IMG/VR virus record: IMGVR_UViG_3300024264_000009 | DNA from: an uncultured virus (IMG/VR IMGVR_UViG_3300024264_000009) | Lineage: Duplodnaviria > Heunggongvirae > Uroviricota > Caudoviricetes | DNA length: 64,000 nucleotides | Strand: one strand, 5' to 3' | In this document: positions 29,738 through 39,450 of the stretch, in pieces | Position numbering within the stretch: position 1 is the first letter of the stretch | Layout of the letters: each line of letters opens with the position of its first letter | The notes under the pieces: model-generated | The model's input: only the letters and a program-made list of their open reading frames with translations | The model's database searches: none | Told to the model about the DNA's origin: nothing | Translations under genes and position numbers: made by a program

Positions 29738-31453
29738 TTATTCTGCAATTCTCGAGAAGTTTTTGTGTTTCTCAAACCTAATAACGTCATTAAATTTATC
29801 ATATAGTGCTTCTCCTTTATGAGATATGATAAATGCATTCGTCTTTTCTGTCAAGCTGTTTAATAGTTTTAAGAAATCGTCTGTTCCTTGTGTGTCTAAT
29901 GAAGAGTCAAATACTTCGTCTAATATCAATAGGTTAGTGTTAACACTATTCTTCATTCTTGCAACACTTCTCCATGTGAATAGTAGTGCAAGGTCGATTC
30001 TCATCTTCTCACCTTGAGAGAAGTTATCGTATTTGAATACGTCTCTGAATCTTGACTTGATTGTTTCTTCAAACTTTTCATTAAGTTCAAACCCAACATA
30101 GAATTCCAATTGTGCAAGATACTTGTTAATTAGTTTATTCATGATTGGAACATACTGTTTGATAATCTTCTGTCTTACACCTTGGTCACGTAATAACACT
30201 TGTGCAATTTCATAGTAGTGTTGTTGGTCAACTAATGACTCTTTCTTTGCATGTAGAATGTTTAGTTTGTCTTCACTGTCGTCTATTCTACTCTGAACGT
30301 CTCCATTACCCTGTCCTTCTTTTTTAAGTTCTTCTATTTCTTTTTGAATCTTTTGGATAAACTTCTGATTGGATACAACTTCTGTTTGTAGAATACCAAC
30401 TTCCTTTTGAACTTTAGTTATTTGGTCTTGGATTCCGTTGATTTCTTGGATTCGGGTATTAAGGTCTTCGACTTGTTCATCAAGTGTTGCAATCGCCTCC
30501 TTGATTTCTGAGATTTTAGTCTGTTTCTCTTCAATGTGTTTCTTCTTATGTTCATGGTCTAATCCCTGTTTGCATGTTGGACAATCGTCATTGTTTTCAT
30601 AGAACTCAATGTCTTTAAGTGCTTTCTTTCTAGCATTTTCAAGTCCAGCTTCCATGTCGACAACTTGTTTGAGTCTAGTTTCTTTCGAATCTTTATCACT
30701 GATACTGGTTGTTTTCTCCACCACATTTTTCGTCTTTTCATCTATGTCTCCTAAAAGGTTATTAATATTCTCTTGAGTTTCATCAACAGTAGATTCATAT
30801 TTTAGGATTTTCGATTCACGATTTTCACGAAGTGCATTAAGTTGTTCATTCAGTCCGTTAATTCTTTCTTCAAGTAAGTCGATTTCATGATTATTCTCTC
30901 TAACCTCAACAGTATGGTTAGAAATCTTTTTCTTAAGGATATCACCCATTGTAGAAAAGATTGATATATCCAAAAGGTCTTCCACGAGTTTACGTCTTTC
31001 AGTTGCCTTTAATTGCATGAAAGGAGTAAAGTTTGCTGACCCGAGGATTGCAACTTGAGTAAAGGAACGATAACTCATTTTGAGTATGTTCTTTTCTAAG
31101 TGTTCTTGATAGTCTCTGACTGTTGCATCTTGATTGACGAACACATCATTAACATAGAGTTCGAATTTGTTTGGTTTTGCACCCCTAATGACCTTATATT
31201 CCTTTTTACCAATAGAAAACTCTACCTCAACCCAAAGGTTTCCACCATTGATAGAGTTGATTAGAAGGTCTTTCTTGAGGTTTCTGAACCCCTTTCCATA
31301 CATACCAAAACAAAGTGCATCAAGTAATGTAGATTTACCAGCACCATTATCACCTAAGATAAGTGTTGTTTGGTGTTGGTCTAATTGTATTTCAGTAAAT
31401 TTATTTCCACTGGATAGTAAGTTCTTATATCTTACTTTCTTAAAATTTATCAT
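29738..31453 (-). CDS. gp46: Recombination endonuclease ATPase subunit (Rad50/SbcC-like)
   Basis: GDNGAGKST, CPTC zinc hook, FSQGEKMRIDLALL, LILDEVFD. Confidence 0.97.
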   Translation of the reverse strand: MINFKKVRYKNLLSSGNKFTEIQLDQHQTTLILGDNGAGKSTLLDALCFGMYGKGFRNLKKDLLINSINGGNLWVEVEFSIGKKEYKVIRGAKPNKFELYVNDVFVNQDATVRDYQEHLEKNILKMSYRSFTQVAILGSANFTPFMQLKATERRKLVEDLLDISIFSTMGDILKKKISNHTVEVRENNHEIDLLEERINGLNEQLNALRENRESKILKYESTVDETQENINNLLGDIDEKTKNVVEKTTSISDKDSKETRLKQVVDMEAGLENARKKALKDIEFYENNDDCPTCKQGLDHEHKKKHIEEKQTKISEIKEAIATLDEQVEDLNTRIQEINGIQDQITKVQKEVGILQTEVVSNQKFIQKIQKEIEELKKEGQGNGDVQSRIDDSEDKLNILHAKKESLVDQQHYYEIAQVLLRDQGVRQKIIKQYVPIMNKLINKYLAQLEFYVGFELNEKFEETIKSRFRDVFKYDNFSQGEKMRIDLALLFTWRSVARMKNSVNTNLLILDEVFDSSLDTQGTDDFLKLLNSLTEKTNAFIISHKGEALYDKFNDVIRFEKHKNFSRIAE

Positions 31454-32517
31454 AGATAGTTATGTTCGTCTAAAGCCTCATTGTATAGTGACGACATGAG
31501 TTCTGAAAGTGGTTTTTTCTTTCCTTGTATTTCTAACCCGTCAATATAGTTGTTTAATATAGTTAAGGTGTCTTCGATATCTTCTATATCATCGTCACCA
31601 TAGAAATCCATGTGTTTGTTATCATCAACCACTGCAACGTGTAATGGATTACTTGCATGTAGTTTATCTAAGAATGTATCAAACCAATATGGATTGTCTT
31701 TGTTCACTACTATAACTTTTACAAACTTTCCAGTGTATTTTGAATAGTCTTGATTTGAAATTGTTTCGAATGTTTCTTTTTCGTCATCATAGAATGACTT
31801 TTCGAACATAGTAATTGGATTTAAAATTGGGGTAAGTTCTTGTGTATCAGTATCAAAGATATGAAAGTATTTGTTATCTCCATAGTCTGACCAAGTAAAT
31901 TGCATTTGAGACCCAAGATATCTGATATTTGCAAATTCAGATTTTTGGTGGAAATGACCACTCAAAACTGTTTCAAATCTTTTTACATAAGAATGGTCTA
32001 ATCCGTGTTGACACGTCATGCCTGGCATCATTAATGCACCTTCAAATTCAAAGTGACCCATACACCAACTTGCATTTGCACTCATTAAGAAGTCGACTGC
32101 ATCTGCATAATTCTCGGGATTAATCCATGGAGACAATGCAATGTTAAATCCGTCATACTCTTTAACTTCATGTTCTACAATAACATTTACGTTTGGTTGA
32201 TTGTATAAAAGAAGTTCGGGTGCATTCACCTCATTTGTATTCTTATAATAAGTATCATGATTACCTAGGATTAAATCCATAGTAATACCTCTCTCATTCA
32301 TGGGGTCAATGAAGTGTTTTATATTTGCTTTCATAGAGGAGAAGTTTATATACTTTCTTCTATCAAAGTAATCACCTAAGTGAATGATATGATTTATATC
32401 ATTTTCATCTAAGTATGGGAAGAAGACTTCATTATAAAATCTTCCTTGATAGTCTGACATAGCTTCCATGTCACCACGGACACCACAATGGGTATCATTT
32501 AGTAGAGCAATTTTCAT
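31450..32517 (-). CDS. gp47: Recombination endonuclease subunit (Mre11/SbcD-like)
   Basis: DTHCG, HLGDYFDRRK, GNHD, SGHFH. Confidence 0.97.
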   Translation of the reverse strand: MKIALLNDTHCGVRGDMEAMSDYQGRFYNEVFFPYLDENDINHIIHLGDYFDRRKYINFSSMKANIKHFIDPMNERGITMDLILGNHDTYYKNTNEVNAPELLLYNQPNVNVIVEHEVKEYDGFNIALSPWINPENYADAVDFLMSANASWCMGHFEFEGALMMPGMTCQHGLDHSYVKRFETVLSGHFHQKSEFANIRYLGSQMQFTWSDYGDNKYFHIFDTDTQELTPILNPITMFEKSFYDDEKETFETISNQDYSKYTGKFVKVIVVNKDNPYWFDTFLDKLHASNPLHVAVVDDNKHMDFYGDDDIEDIEDTLTILNNYIDGLEIQGKKKPLSELMSSLYNEALDEHNYL

Positions 32518-33071
32518 TCAGTGAATTTTTCTAAGTTAGTTGATTTTTTTACTTTTTTTGTTCTTGACTTACGTGGTTCGTATTCGACCCTATTCATATT
32601 TTCTTGCATCCACTCCACGTTGGTGTTGGTCAAGGTTGGGTCATGTATTCCATCAATTGTATCGAATGCACTTGTTATCATTCCAGCAGCGTCTGTTGCT
32701 TGTTGTTTAATGAAGACTTGTTTTTTCTCCTTTTGGATTCTTCTGAGGAAGGCATAATAACAAATTTGTGTTATGTATGCAAATGCGTTAGTTGATTTCT
32801 CGGGGTTGAAATTTCCGATATACTGAATACAATTTTCAATTGCATCACATATCATTTCATCTCTGTATGTGTAGTTGATAAAATTAGGACGAGTCGATAA
32901 TCGAGTCGCAATCTTATAGATACATTCACCAATGTATTCTGTCATTTGAGGTTTAGACTTACCTTTCTCTTCTGCAAGTTTACATGCAATGTTAAACTCG
33001 GAGACTGCAGCCGTAAAGTCTTTGTTAGATACGTAATGGACTGCTTTTTTGGGGTCTTTTTTCGTTGTCAT
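32514..33071 (-). CDS. gp55: Late-transcription sigma factor
   Basis: HYVSNKDF, YIGECIYKIA..LS.RPNFINYTYRDEMICDAIENC, NAFAYITQICYYAFLRRIQKEKKQ. Confidence 0.97.
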   Translation of the reverse strand: MTTKKDPKKAVHYVSNKDFTAAVSEFNIACKLAEEKGKSKPQMTEYIGECIYKIATRLSTRPNFINYTYRDEMICDAIENCIQYIGNFNPEKSTNAFAYITQICYYAFLRRIQKEKKQVFIKQQATDAAGMITSAFDTIDGIHDPTLTNTNVEWMQENMNRVEYEPRKSRTKKVKKSTNLEKFTE

Positions 33072-33215
33072 ACCACTATTATACACCAAATACGTTATTT
33101 TGTAAGAGGGTTTTAAGTATTTATTTTTTTAATTTATTTACCAAAACCCACTAGACAAATGGGAAAAGTATGATAAAATAAATATGTTGCTGCGTTGGAA
33201 TATACTAATAAGGGA

Positions 33216-33341
33216 TTAAGTGTAGGAAACTACTCTACTCTTATTAGGACTATTAATTGCACGACTCATTCTATCGATATCACCAACGGCAAGTTCAAAC
33301 ATGCACCAACCTAAAACTGTATATACTATATAGTGTTTCAC
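33216..33341 (-). CDS. Small membrane peptide (41 aa, GTG start)
   Basis: GTGA overlap with the upstream stop; MKHYIVYTVLGWCMFELAVGDIDRM... Confidence 0.5.
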   Translation of the reverse strand: MKHYIVYTVLGWCMFELAVGDIDRMSRAINSPNKSRVVSYT

Positions 33342-33544
33342 AATCTATCCAATCCTACGTTAATTAACCAAAAGGACAACAACATAAAACCGAAAACAAG
33401 GACTTGCACGACTGACATGATTGCAACTTGTTTCATTGGGTGAACGTCAACAATTTTCTCAATCCAAGATTCATCAGGAGAGAGATTTACGATTTGTAAT
33501 ACTTTCTTTTCTGTTTCGGGTTTTGTGAACCAAGGAATGAACAT
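33338..33544 (-). CDS. Small membrane protein (68 aa)
   Basis: C-terminal TM segment. Confidence 0.65.
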   Translation of the reverse strand: MFIPWFTKPETEKKVLQIVNLSPDESWIEKIVDVHPMKQVAIMSVVQVLVFGFMLLSFWLINVGLDRL

Positions 33545-33546
33545 TA

Positions 33547-33633
33547 TTATATTCCTGTTATTGATATTACAGACACTAAGAAGACAGCCATAAGTGTGCT
33601 TATCTCCAAAGTGTCTCTAAGTTTGTGTTTCAT
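33547..33633 (-). CDS. Small membrane peptide (28 aa)
   Basis: MKHKLRDTLEISTLMAVFLVSVISITGI; TAATG coupling. Confidence 0.5.
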   Translation of the reverse strand: MKHKLRDTLEISTLMAVFLVSVISITGI

Positions 33634-33812
33634 TAAAACATTCTCATCGATGATGCATAAAACATTATGATGAATGGTAGTAAAAATGGAAGAGTCATCA
33701 GCACTAGAAATTCGATAGTTTCAATCACTTTTCGTTTCTGAGGACGAATGATATGATTGACTTCTCTAGCTTTTCGCACCATGCTCTTCGCAAAAAAGGT
33801 TGCTGTGGTCAT
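33633..33812 (-). CDS. Small membrane protein (59 aa)
   Basis: MTTATFFAKSMVRKARE...FLVLMTLPFLLPFIIMFY; AGGA RBS. Confidence 0.6.
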   Translation of the reverse strand: MTTATFFAKSMVRKAREVNHIIRPQKRKVIETIEFLVLMTLPFLLPFIIMFYASSMRMF

Positions 33813-33897
33813 GGTTTTCCTAAAATTAAGTTATAAGTATTTTGTATAATGCGATATAAATCTAAATTATACGCACTTATTTAGACAAACTAAAAGT

Positions 33898-34389
33898 CTA
33901 ATGAATTTTCTTGGGGTTGATTGGTTTTATTGAGGATTCAAAATCACTCTCTGCAAGTTCTTCAAAGTATTCATCAAATAAATCTTCTTCAGATACATTC
34001 TCTAAAATAGAGTCAACTGCCTTTTTCATATAATCTTTACTAATTTTCTTTACATCATTTGTTAATGGGATAGATTTAGATTCTACCATTTTTAACCAGT
34101 TTGCAGAGGCTTCATCATAAAAGGGAATAAACTGTTGATTCATACTACTTCTATGCAAGACTTGGTCAAAAGGAATTTTGACAATAGGGTCTTCACTCAT
34201 GGGTGCATAAGGATAGAAGGTTGCAAGTGTTGAATTGACTGGTTGTTGAACTGATAAATGACATATCATAGGTAGTGTGATTTCTATACCTTCCGCAGAG
34301 TCTCTTACCATTCCCACAAACTCAGCACCAGTTTTAAGTTTTATAACTTCGTATTTCTGTTCTTTAATTAAGTCTGAAGGTCTTGTCAT
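33898..34389 (-). CDS. Conserved hypothetical protein downstream of uvsW (Sm-like N-terminus)
   Basis: IKLKTGAEFVG; typical position next to uvsW. Confidence 0.75.
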   Translation of the reverse strand: MTRPSDLIKEQKYEVIKLKTGAEFVGMVRDSAEGIEITLPMICHLSVQQPVNSTLATFYPYAPMSEDPIVKIPFDQVLHRSSMNQQFIPFYDEASANWLKMVESKSIPLTNDVKKISKDYMKKAVDSILENVSEEDLFDEYFEELAESDFESSIKPINPKKIH

Positions 34390-35807
34390 TTTAAATCAAA
34401 TTGTTGTATGTTGTAGGAAAAGTTCTCCTCGTTGTATATATTTATACGTTCTTTAAGGTGGTTGAGAGTATAGTTATCACATTGCAAATCATCTGCAATA
34501 TCAAATAATCTCATCTCAGTCTTCCCAGTGGTCTTTCTTAGACCTCTACCAATTGACTGCAAGTTTCTTATTCTAGATTTAGAGGGACTTGCAAACACAA
34601 CGTTGTTGATTTTTTTAATATTAATTCCTGTAGAAAAAGTTCCGTATGATGCTAGTATGACATTATTTTTTTTCTTCCTTGGATTGTCGACTATCTCTCT
34701 GACTGTTTCCCTGTCTTCTGTGTCGGTTCCACCATGAACATAATGTAAAGTTCCATTCATTCTACTAACCATAGGATTGAACATTTCCCATAATGGTTGT
34801 CCATGTTTTTCTATGTATTGAAATAACACGAGTGTATTACCTCTCAGAGAACCAACAAGATTGGTTATAAATTGGTTCCTACTATCACAACTTACCAAGT
34901 AATCCATTTCATCTTGGTATGACATTTTCTTCTGTTTAGTATGACGAAGTATGACACAATCAATTTTCAAATTTGCAATTGTTCCCGAATCCATGAGTTC
35001 TTTTGAAGTTATGACCTTTTTGACTGGGCCGAATAAACCTTCTAATTGAAGTCTATGAACCTCTGACCCGTCCAAAGTTCCTGTAGTTCCAATACGAATT
35101 GCAGTGGTCTTCATCTTCTCCAAGATACCTTTAAGTGTTTGTGCTTTGAATAAATGTGCTTCGTCACCAATGACAACATCAAAAGACTCTAGCACCTCCT
35201 TTGGAGCTTTTGCGAATGATTGCCATGTGGTGACTGTAATAGGTGAATCAAAAACTTCTTGTCCGTGGTATATTTTACAGACTGGTTCTGTATAACCATA
35301 ATCTACAAAGTCTTTGGTTAACTGTTCCACAAGAGAAGTGGTTGGAACTATAACAATAGTTTTCTTATCATAGTATCGTGCAAGTAAGTATATGATTAAT
35401 GACTTACCACTTGCAGTTGGAGACAATAGTAATTGTCTTCCATATTTTATAGTTTCATTGAAGGCTTCTATTTGATAATCTCTAGGTTCAAAAGGAAGTT
35501 TTAAATCAGCTAACCATTCTTGACTACACTTCTCTGTAGTTTTTTTCCCTATAACATCTTCAATACCACCAAACTCAAATCCACGTTCTCTACAAAATTC
35601 ATCTACATATGGAAGTAATCCTATGTATATCTTTTTAGTTTTTAAAGAAAATAATCTTACCTTCCCGTCCCAAAATTTATTTCGGTATGAAGGCATGAAC
35701 TTTGCATTTGGAACTGTATATGAGAAAAAGTCGTATAAGTCTCTTGCAAGACCATCGTCACAATCGACTTTCATAAAGACATCATCTATCTTCGAAACTT
35801 TAACCAT
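34386..35807 (-). CDS. uvsW: SF2 helicase UvsW
   Basis: PRDYQ, SPTASGKS, DEAHLFKA, ASYGTFSTGINI, QSIGRGLR. Confidence 0.97.
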   Translation of the reverse strand: MVKVSKIDDVFMKVDCDDGLARDLYDFFSYTVPNAKFMPSYRNKFWDGKVRLFSLKTKKIYIGLLPYVDEFCRERGFEFGGIEDVIGKKTTEKCSQEWLADLKLPFEPRDYQIEAFNETIKYGRQLLLSPTASGKSLIIYLLARYYDKKTIVIVPTTSLVEQLTKDFVDYGYTEPVCKIYHGQEVFDSPITVTTWQSFAKAPKEVLESFDVVIGDEAHLFKAQTLKGILEKMKTTAIRIGTTGTLDGSEVHRLQLEGLFGPVKKVITSKELMDSGTIANLKIDCVILRHTKQKKMSYQDEMDYLVSCDSRNQFITNLVGSLRGNTLVLFQYIEKHGQPLWEMFNPMVSRMNGTLHYVHGGTDTEDRETVREIVDNPRKKKNNVILASYGTFSTGINIKKINNVVFASPSKSRIRNLQSIGRGLRKTTGKTEMRLFDIADDLQCDNYTLNHLKERINIYNEENFSYNIQQFDLK

Positions 35808-35808
35808 T

Positions 35809-36495
35809 TTATTTAAAAGGATAACCCAATAACCACCCTACTAGTGATTCCCGTGTCCCCCTTGTGACTGGTGTGACTTGGTGATGAACGTCTGAAGGAA
35901 ATACGATAATACTACCTTTAGTTTTTGCACTGAATGGTGCAGATTGTAAAATGTTGTTTAAATCAATTGTAGTATCTATAGACCTTAAATTATCAAAAGA
36001 ACCGCCAGGTTCTAACCACTCGAACCTTCCACCCTCATAATCATCAGGGTCGGATAACTGAATAGTTATACTCAACTTACGTATCATTCCAGTTTTTTCG
36101 TCATGAATCATTCCTGTTGGGCCACTGTCTGTATGCCAAGTATAGAAATCACCACCACCTAAATGTGGTCTGTTTGTATAATTTGTAAATTGAAAATTTT
36201 CAAAGTGACTAAATTCCCATAACCAATGATTCTCTACACTTGCATGTTGTATTGCAGTTGCAAGTTTTTCATGAAATTTTTGTGGTAAGTGGTGGTCTTG
36301 CATCCACTTGACTTGAGACATTCTAATTTCACTAACCTCTGCACCACCCTCTAGGTCTTCTCCATCAGGGTCAAAACTATTACCACCAACTCTACCACCA
36401 TGCCATTCTAGTTTACTGGCAATTGCAAGTATTTCCTTTACTTCTGTCTCATTAAAGAATGCTTCTGCAATCCAAACATGTTTGTCGTAATGCAT
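35809..36495 (-). CDS. 2OG-Fe(II) oxygenase
   Basis: WHTD, RKLSITIQLSDP..YEGG, FPS..HHQVTPVTRGTRESLVGW. Confidence 0.92.
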   Translation of the reverse strand: MHYDKHVWIAEAFFNETEVKEILAIASKLEWHGGRVGGNSFDPDGEDLEGGAEVSEIRMSQVKWMQDHHLPQKFHEKLATAIQHASVENHWLWEFSHFENFQFTNYTNRPHLGGGDFYTWHTDSGPTGMIHDEKTGMIRKLSITIQLSDPDDYEGGRFEWLEPGGSFDNLRSIDTTIDLNNILQSAPFSAKTKGSIIVFPSDVHHQVTPVTRGTRESLVGWLLGYPFK

Positions 36496-36938
36496 TAAGA
36501 ACCTGCCATGAATTTTCTCCAATCGATTGTATTCTTAATCGTTTGGTGTCTCCAAGTAATGTTAGTCATACACTCTTTGAGATAATCTATTGTGACTTTT
36601 AAATACTCAATTTTTGCATTGAGTTCTTGTATATCTGTATCTGAATTATAGAATAATTGTAAGTCATTTTTCATAATCTTTAATCCGTCTAAAGGGTCAT
36701 CATTCCAACCAAGTTCTTTTATTTGGTCTTCTGACATTTTTCCGTTATACCATAACCATTTATTTTTTAATAGTGTATCGTATTTGAATTGGTATTGTTT
36801 CATAACAAGAATCTTACTTGTTAGTAAGTCTTGATATTTTGCATGGAGTTTAGGGATTTCTAAAGAAGACTTATCAAGTTCGATATCGTCTATTTCACAA
36901 TCCTTTTCCCACTGGCTCTTAATTTCATCTAATGTCAT
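36495..36938 (-). CDS. uvsY: Recombination mediator UvsY
   Basis: WEKDCEID, IPKLHAKY, IKNTIDWRKF. Confidence 0.93.
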   Translation of the reverse strand: MTLDEIKSQWEKDCEIDDIELDKSSLEIPKLHAKYQDLLTSKILVMKQYQFKYDTLLKNKWLWYNGKMSEDQIKELGWNDDPLDGLKIMKNDLQLFYNSDTDIQELNAKIEYLKVTIDYLKECMTNITWRHQTIKNTIDWRKFMAGS

Positions 36939-36968
36939 AATATACTATTATACCATATTTATGGTATT

Positions 36969-37505
36969 TTAGGAAGTGGATTCTATATCGTAATATGTAA
37001 ATCTAAACTCTACAGTTGCAACCACCGCTTCTGTTTCTGCACCACTTTGTAGGTCTATACCACTCAATGATATAGGGAATGCATCATGGAATCTGAAGAA
37101 TTTATTTGGTATGTTTTTGTTAGTATTAACTACTATTGTAATGTCTGAATATTGTGCAAGGTCATTAGTGACATCACTATATTGACCTGTTGCAGTCTTC
37201 TCAGTCCCAGTAAAGTTTGCATATGCACTTGGGTCTGACACTGGAACGATTGCGTTCATCCAGTCATACATTTCTTTGAAGTTAGACAAATCTTCGTCAA
37301 CTAAGAATGATACACTTAGTGATTCGAATGACACTTTATCGCCTGGGAAAAATGCATCTAATCCAACACCAGCTGCACTGACTGTTTCAGTGAATGATAA
37401 GCCTGGGATATTTACTGATTGAACATAGTATTCCACTGTAGGAACTTTATCAATTAGTAATCTAAAGTTATTCTTATTGAGTATTGATTTGTTAATTTCA
37501 GTCAT
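36969..37505 (-). CDS. gp3: Tail tube terminator / completion protein
   Basis: NFRL..P.VEYYVQSVNIPG, FLVDEDL.N, FHDAFPISLS. Confidence 0.9.
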   Translation of the reverse strand: MTEINKSILNKNNFRLLIDKVPTVEYYVQSVNIPGLSFTETVSAAGVGLDAFFPGDKVSFESLSVSFLVDEDLSNFKEMYDWMNAIVPVSDPSAYANFTGTEKTATGQYSDVTNDLAQYSDITIVVNTNKNIPNKFFRFHDAFPISLSGIDLQSGAETEAVVATVEFRFTYYDIESTS

Positions 37506-37719
37506 TTAGTTTTAAAACTCTCTTATTTGTTGAAGTGTCAAAGTAATCATTACCTCTATACTCTCTATTGACTACCTCTTCACAAAGGTATCCGTCTTTT
37601 TCATACAGTGTGGTAATTTTTCTGTTTATTATACCATCTGTTGTTTCTTCCCCATTAGGGAATGCTTTAGTTGACCAAGGGCCTTCTAAAACTTTCACTG
37701 TTCTTTCATAATCTGTCAT
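37498..37719 (-). CDS. Hypothetical protein
   Basis: 73 aa; TATAAATA at 37764-37771. Confidence 0.7.
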   Translation of the reverse strand: MTDYERTVKVLEGPWSTKAFPNGEETTDGIINRKITTLYEKDGYLCEEVVNREYRGNDYFDTSTNKRVLKLND

Positions 37720-37772
37720 AGTTTTTCCTTCTAAAGGGGGTGAATAATATCACCCCACAATACTATTTATAG

Positions 37773-37988
37773 TTATTTTTCATTAACAAACTCATTCAAT
37801 TCAGATGCAACGGCAATAATATCCTGTGCATTGATTGATGTAGTAAGTAATGGTTTCTTATCATCAGGGTGATTATCGTTGTGGGTGTAAACCCCATCGT
37901 TTTTCCTTTGTAAGTTTTCTATTAGTATAGACTGAGCCATACTTAGTAAGTCGGCTCGTATTTCATAACCTGATTTTCCATTTGACAT
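37773..37988 (-). CDS. Conserved hypothetical phage protein
   Basis: GYEIRADLL.MA...DII.VA.ELNEFV; AGGAGG RBS. Confidence 0.75.
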   Translation of the reverse strand: MSNGKSGYEIRADLLSMAQSILIENLQRKNDGVYTHNDNHPDDKKPLLTTSINAQDIIAVASELNEFVNEK

Positions 37989-38073
37989 AATTTCCTCCTG
38001 TGTGTGTGTTTATGTCTGTATCATCATTGATACCTTATATTTAGGTTGACAATAACACTCACTTTTTGAAAGC

Positions 38074-38103
38074 AAAAAAAAAGGTCTCGTGAGAGACCTT
38101 TTT
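38074..38103 (-). terminator. Intrinsic terminator after gp23
   Basis: AAAGGTCTC-loop-GAGACCTTTTTTTTT. Confidence 0.9.
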
Positions 38104-38134
38104 AGTATTCCGATTAAGGAATGAGACTTTCGTC

Positions 38135-39430
38135 TTACAGAATGTTTGACACTGCAAATTTTCTGTAGTATTGGTTTGTTCCTGCTGAAGCAAGTCCGTC
38201 TGCTGGTGTAGCACCAACGAATGGATTTGAAACCATACCATATCTAGTTTTGAAACCGATTTTTGGTTGGAACGTATTCTCACCAACTGCACGAACCATT
38301 TGTAATGGAACGTAAGGGCAATAGAATAAACCAGCGTCATAAGGGTTTGAACCTCTATAACCAACTGTTAAGTAGTCTGAACCAGCATATGGGTCAACGT
38401 ATACTTTAACTCTTCCGTTTAATACACCAGCAAAAGTATTACCAGTATCATCAACGTTTAAGTTGGTTGAAAGAGCAGGTGCGTAATCTAATACACCAGC
38501 CATTGACAATGCTGAAGCTACGTCTGAAGAACATAGAATAAAGTTTCCTTTACCCCTTCTTGTTTCTTTAGCAATAACATTTGATTCTCTTTCGATTTGG
38601 AACAATAGTCCTTTGAACTTTTCTACAGACCATCTTCCGTTAGCATCAACGTCTAAGTTAAATGTTCCACCAACTGCAGTTGCTGACGCACCTGTTTTAG
38701 CTTGGTTGTTAACACTTCTTACAACTTCTCTGTTGATTTCTGCTAATATTTCTGATGATAATATATTTGCAAGTTCTGATTCTGCATCAAGGCCGTGGAT
38801 TGCTTTAAGGTCTTGTGCAAGTTCTAATGAATATTCCGCTTTTAGTGCTCTTGACTTTGCTGTCACTGTAGCTTTCTCGATTGAGAATGCCATTTCAGCA
38901 AAATGGTTTCCAGCACCATCACCTAGTGATTCTGCTGAAGCTGTAGACATACCTGTAGAAGTCTGTGACGCATAAGAACCATTGAATGGGTCTCCTGAGT
39001 GGTCGCTTCCTACTGAAGTTGATGTTGTTTGAGCAGATGCTGAGTAATCAGTTCTAGCTTCGTTATGTAAAGCTTCTGATGTATTCAGTCTATCAGCGTC
39101 AACGTCATCGTTATATCTTGCTTTCATAGCAAAGATAAGTCCAGTTGGGCCGGTCATTGGTTGAACACCGCAAATGTCGTATGCAACGAGATTTGGCATA
39201 GCACGTCTTACTAATGAAATCAATATTGGATCCCAGTTAGAAATTCCTGTGCCTGTGGAATTTAAAGGTGCTGCTTCTGCAAGAGTAGCTCTGTCTTCGT
39301 TTAGAGCTTTTTCTTGGTTTTCAAGGATAACAGCTGTGACTGCACGTTTGTAGTTATCTTCGATTTTTGGTAAATCGGAGTGTTCTAGAATCGGCGACCA
39401 CTTATCTTGTAAGTTTTCTGATAAAAACAT
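38135..39430 (-). CDS. gp23: Major capsid protein
   Basis: ILENQ, GVQPMTGPTGLIFAM, KSRALKAEYSLELAQDLKAIHGLDAE, FQPKIGFKTRYG. Confidence 0.99.
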   Translation of the reverse strand: MFLSENLQDKWSPILEHSDLPKIEDNYKRAVTAVILENQEKALNEDRATLAEAAPLNSTGTGISNWDPILISLVRRAMPNLVAYDICGVQPMTGPTGLIFAMKARYNDDVDADRLNTSEALHNEARTDYSASAQTTSTSVGSDHSGDPFNGSYASQTSTGMSTASAESLGDGAGNHFAEMAFSIEKATVTAKSRALKAEYSLELAQDLKAIHGLDAESELANILSSEILAEINREVVRSVNNQAKTGASATAVGGTFNLDVDANGRWSVEKFKGLLFQIERESNVIAKETRRGKGNFILCSSDVASALSMAGVLDYAPALSTNLNVDDTGNTFAGVLNGRVKVYVDPYAGSDYLTVGYRGSNPYDAGLFYCPYVPLQMVRAVGENTFQPKIGFKTRYGMVSNPFVGATPADGLASAGTNQYYRKFAVSNIL

Positions 39431-39450
39431 TGTTTTTAATCTCCTTTAAA

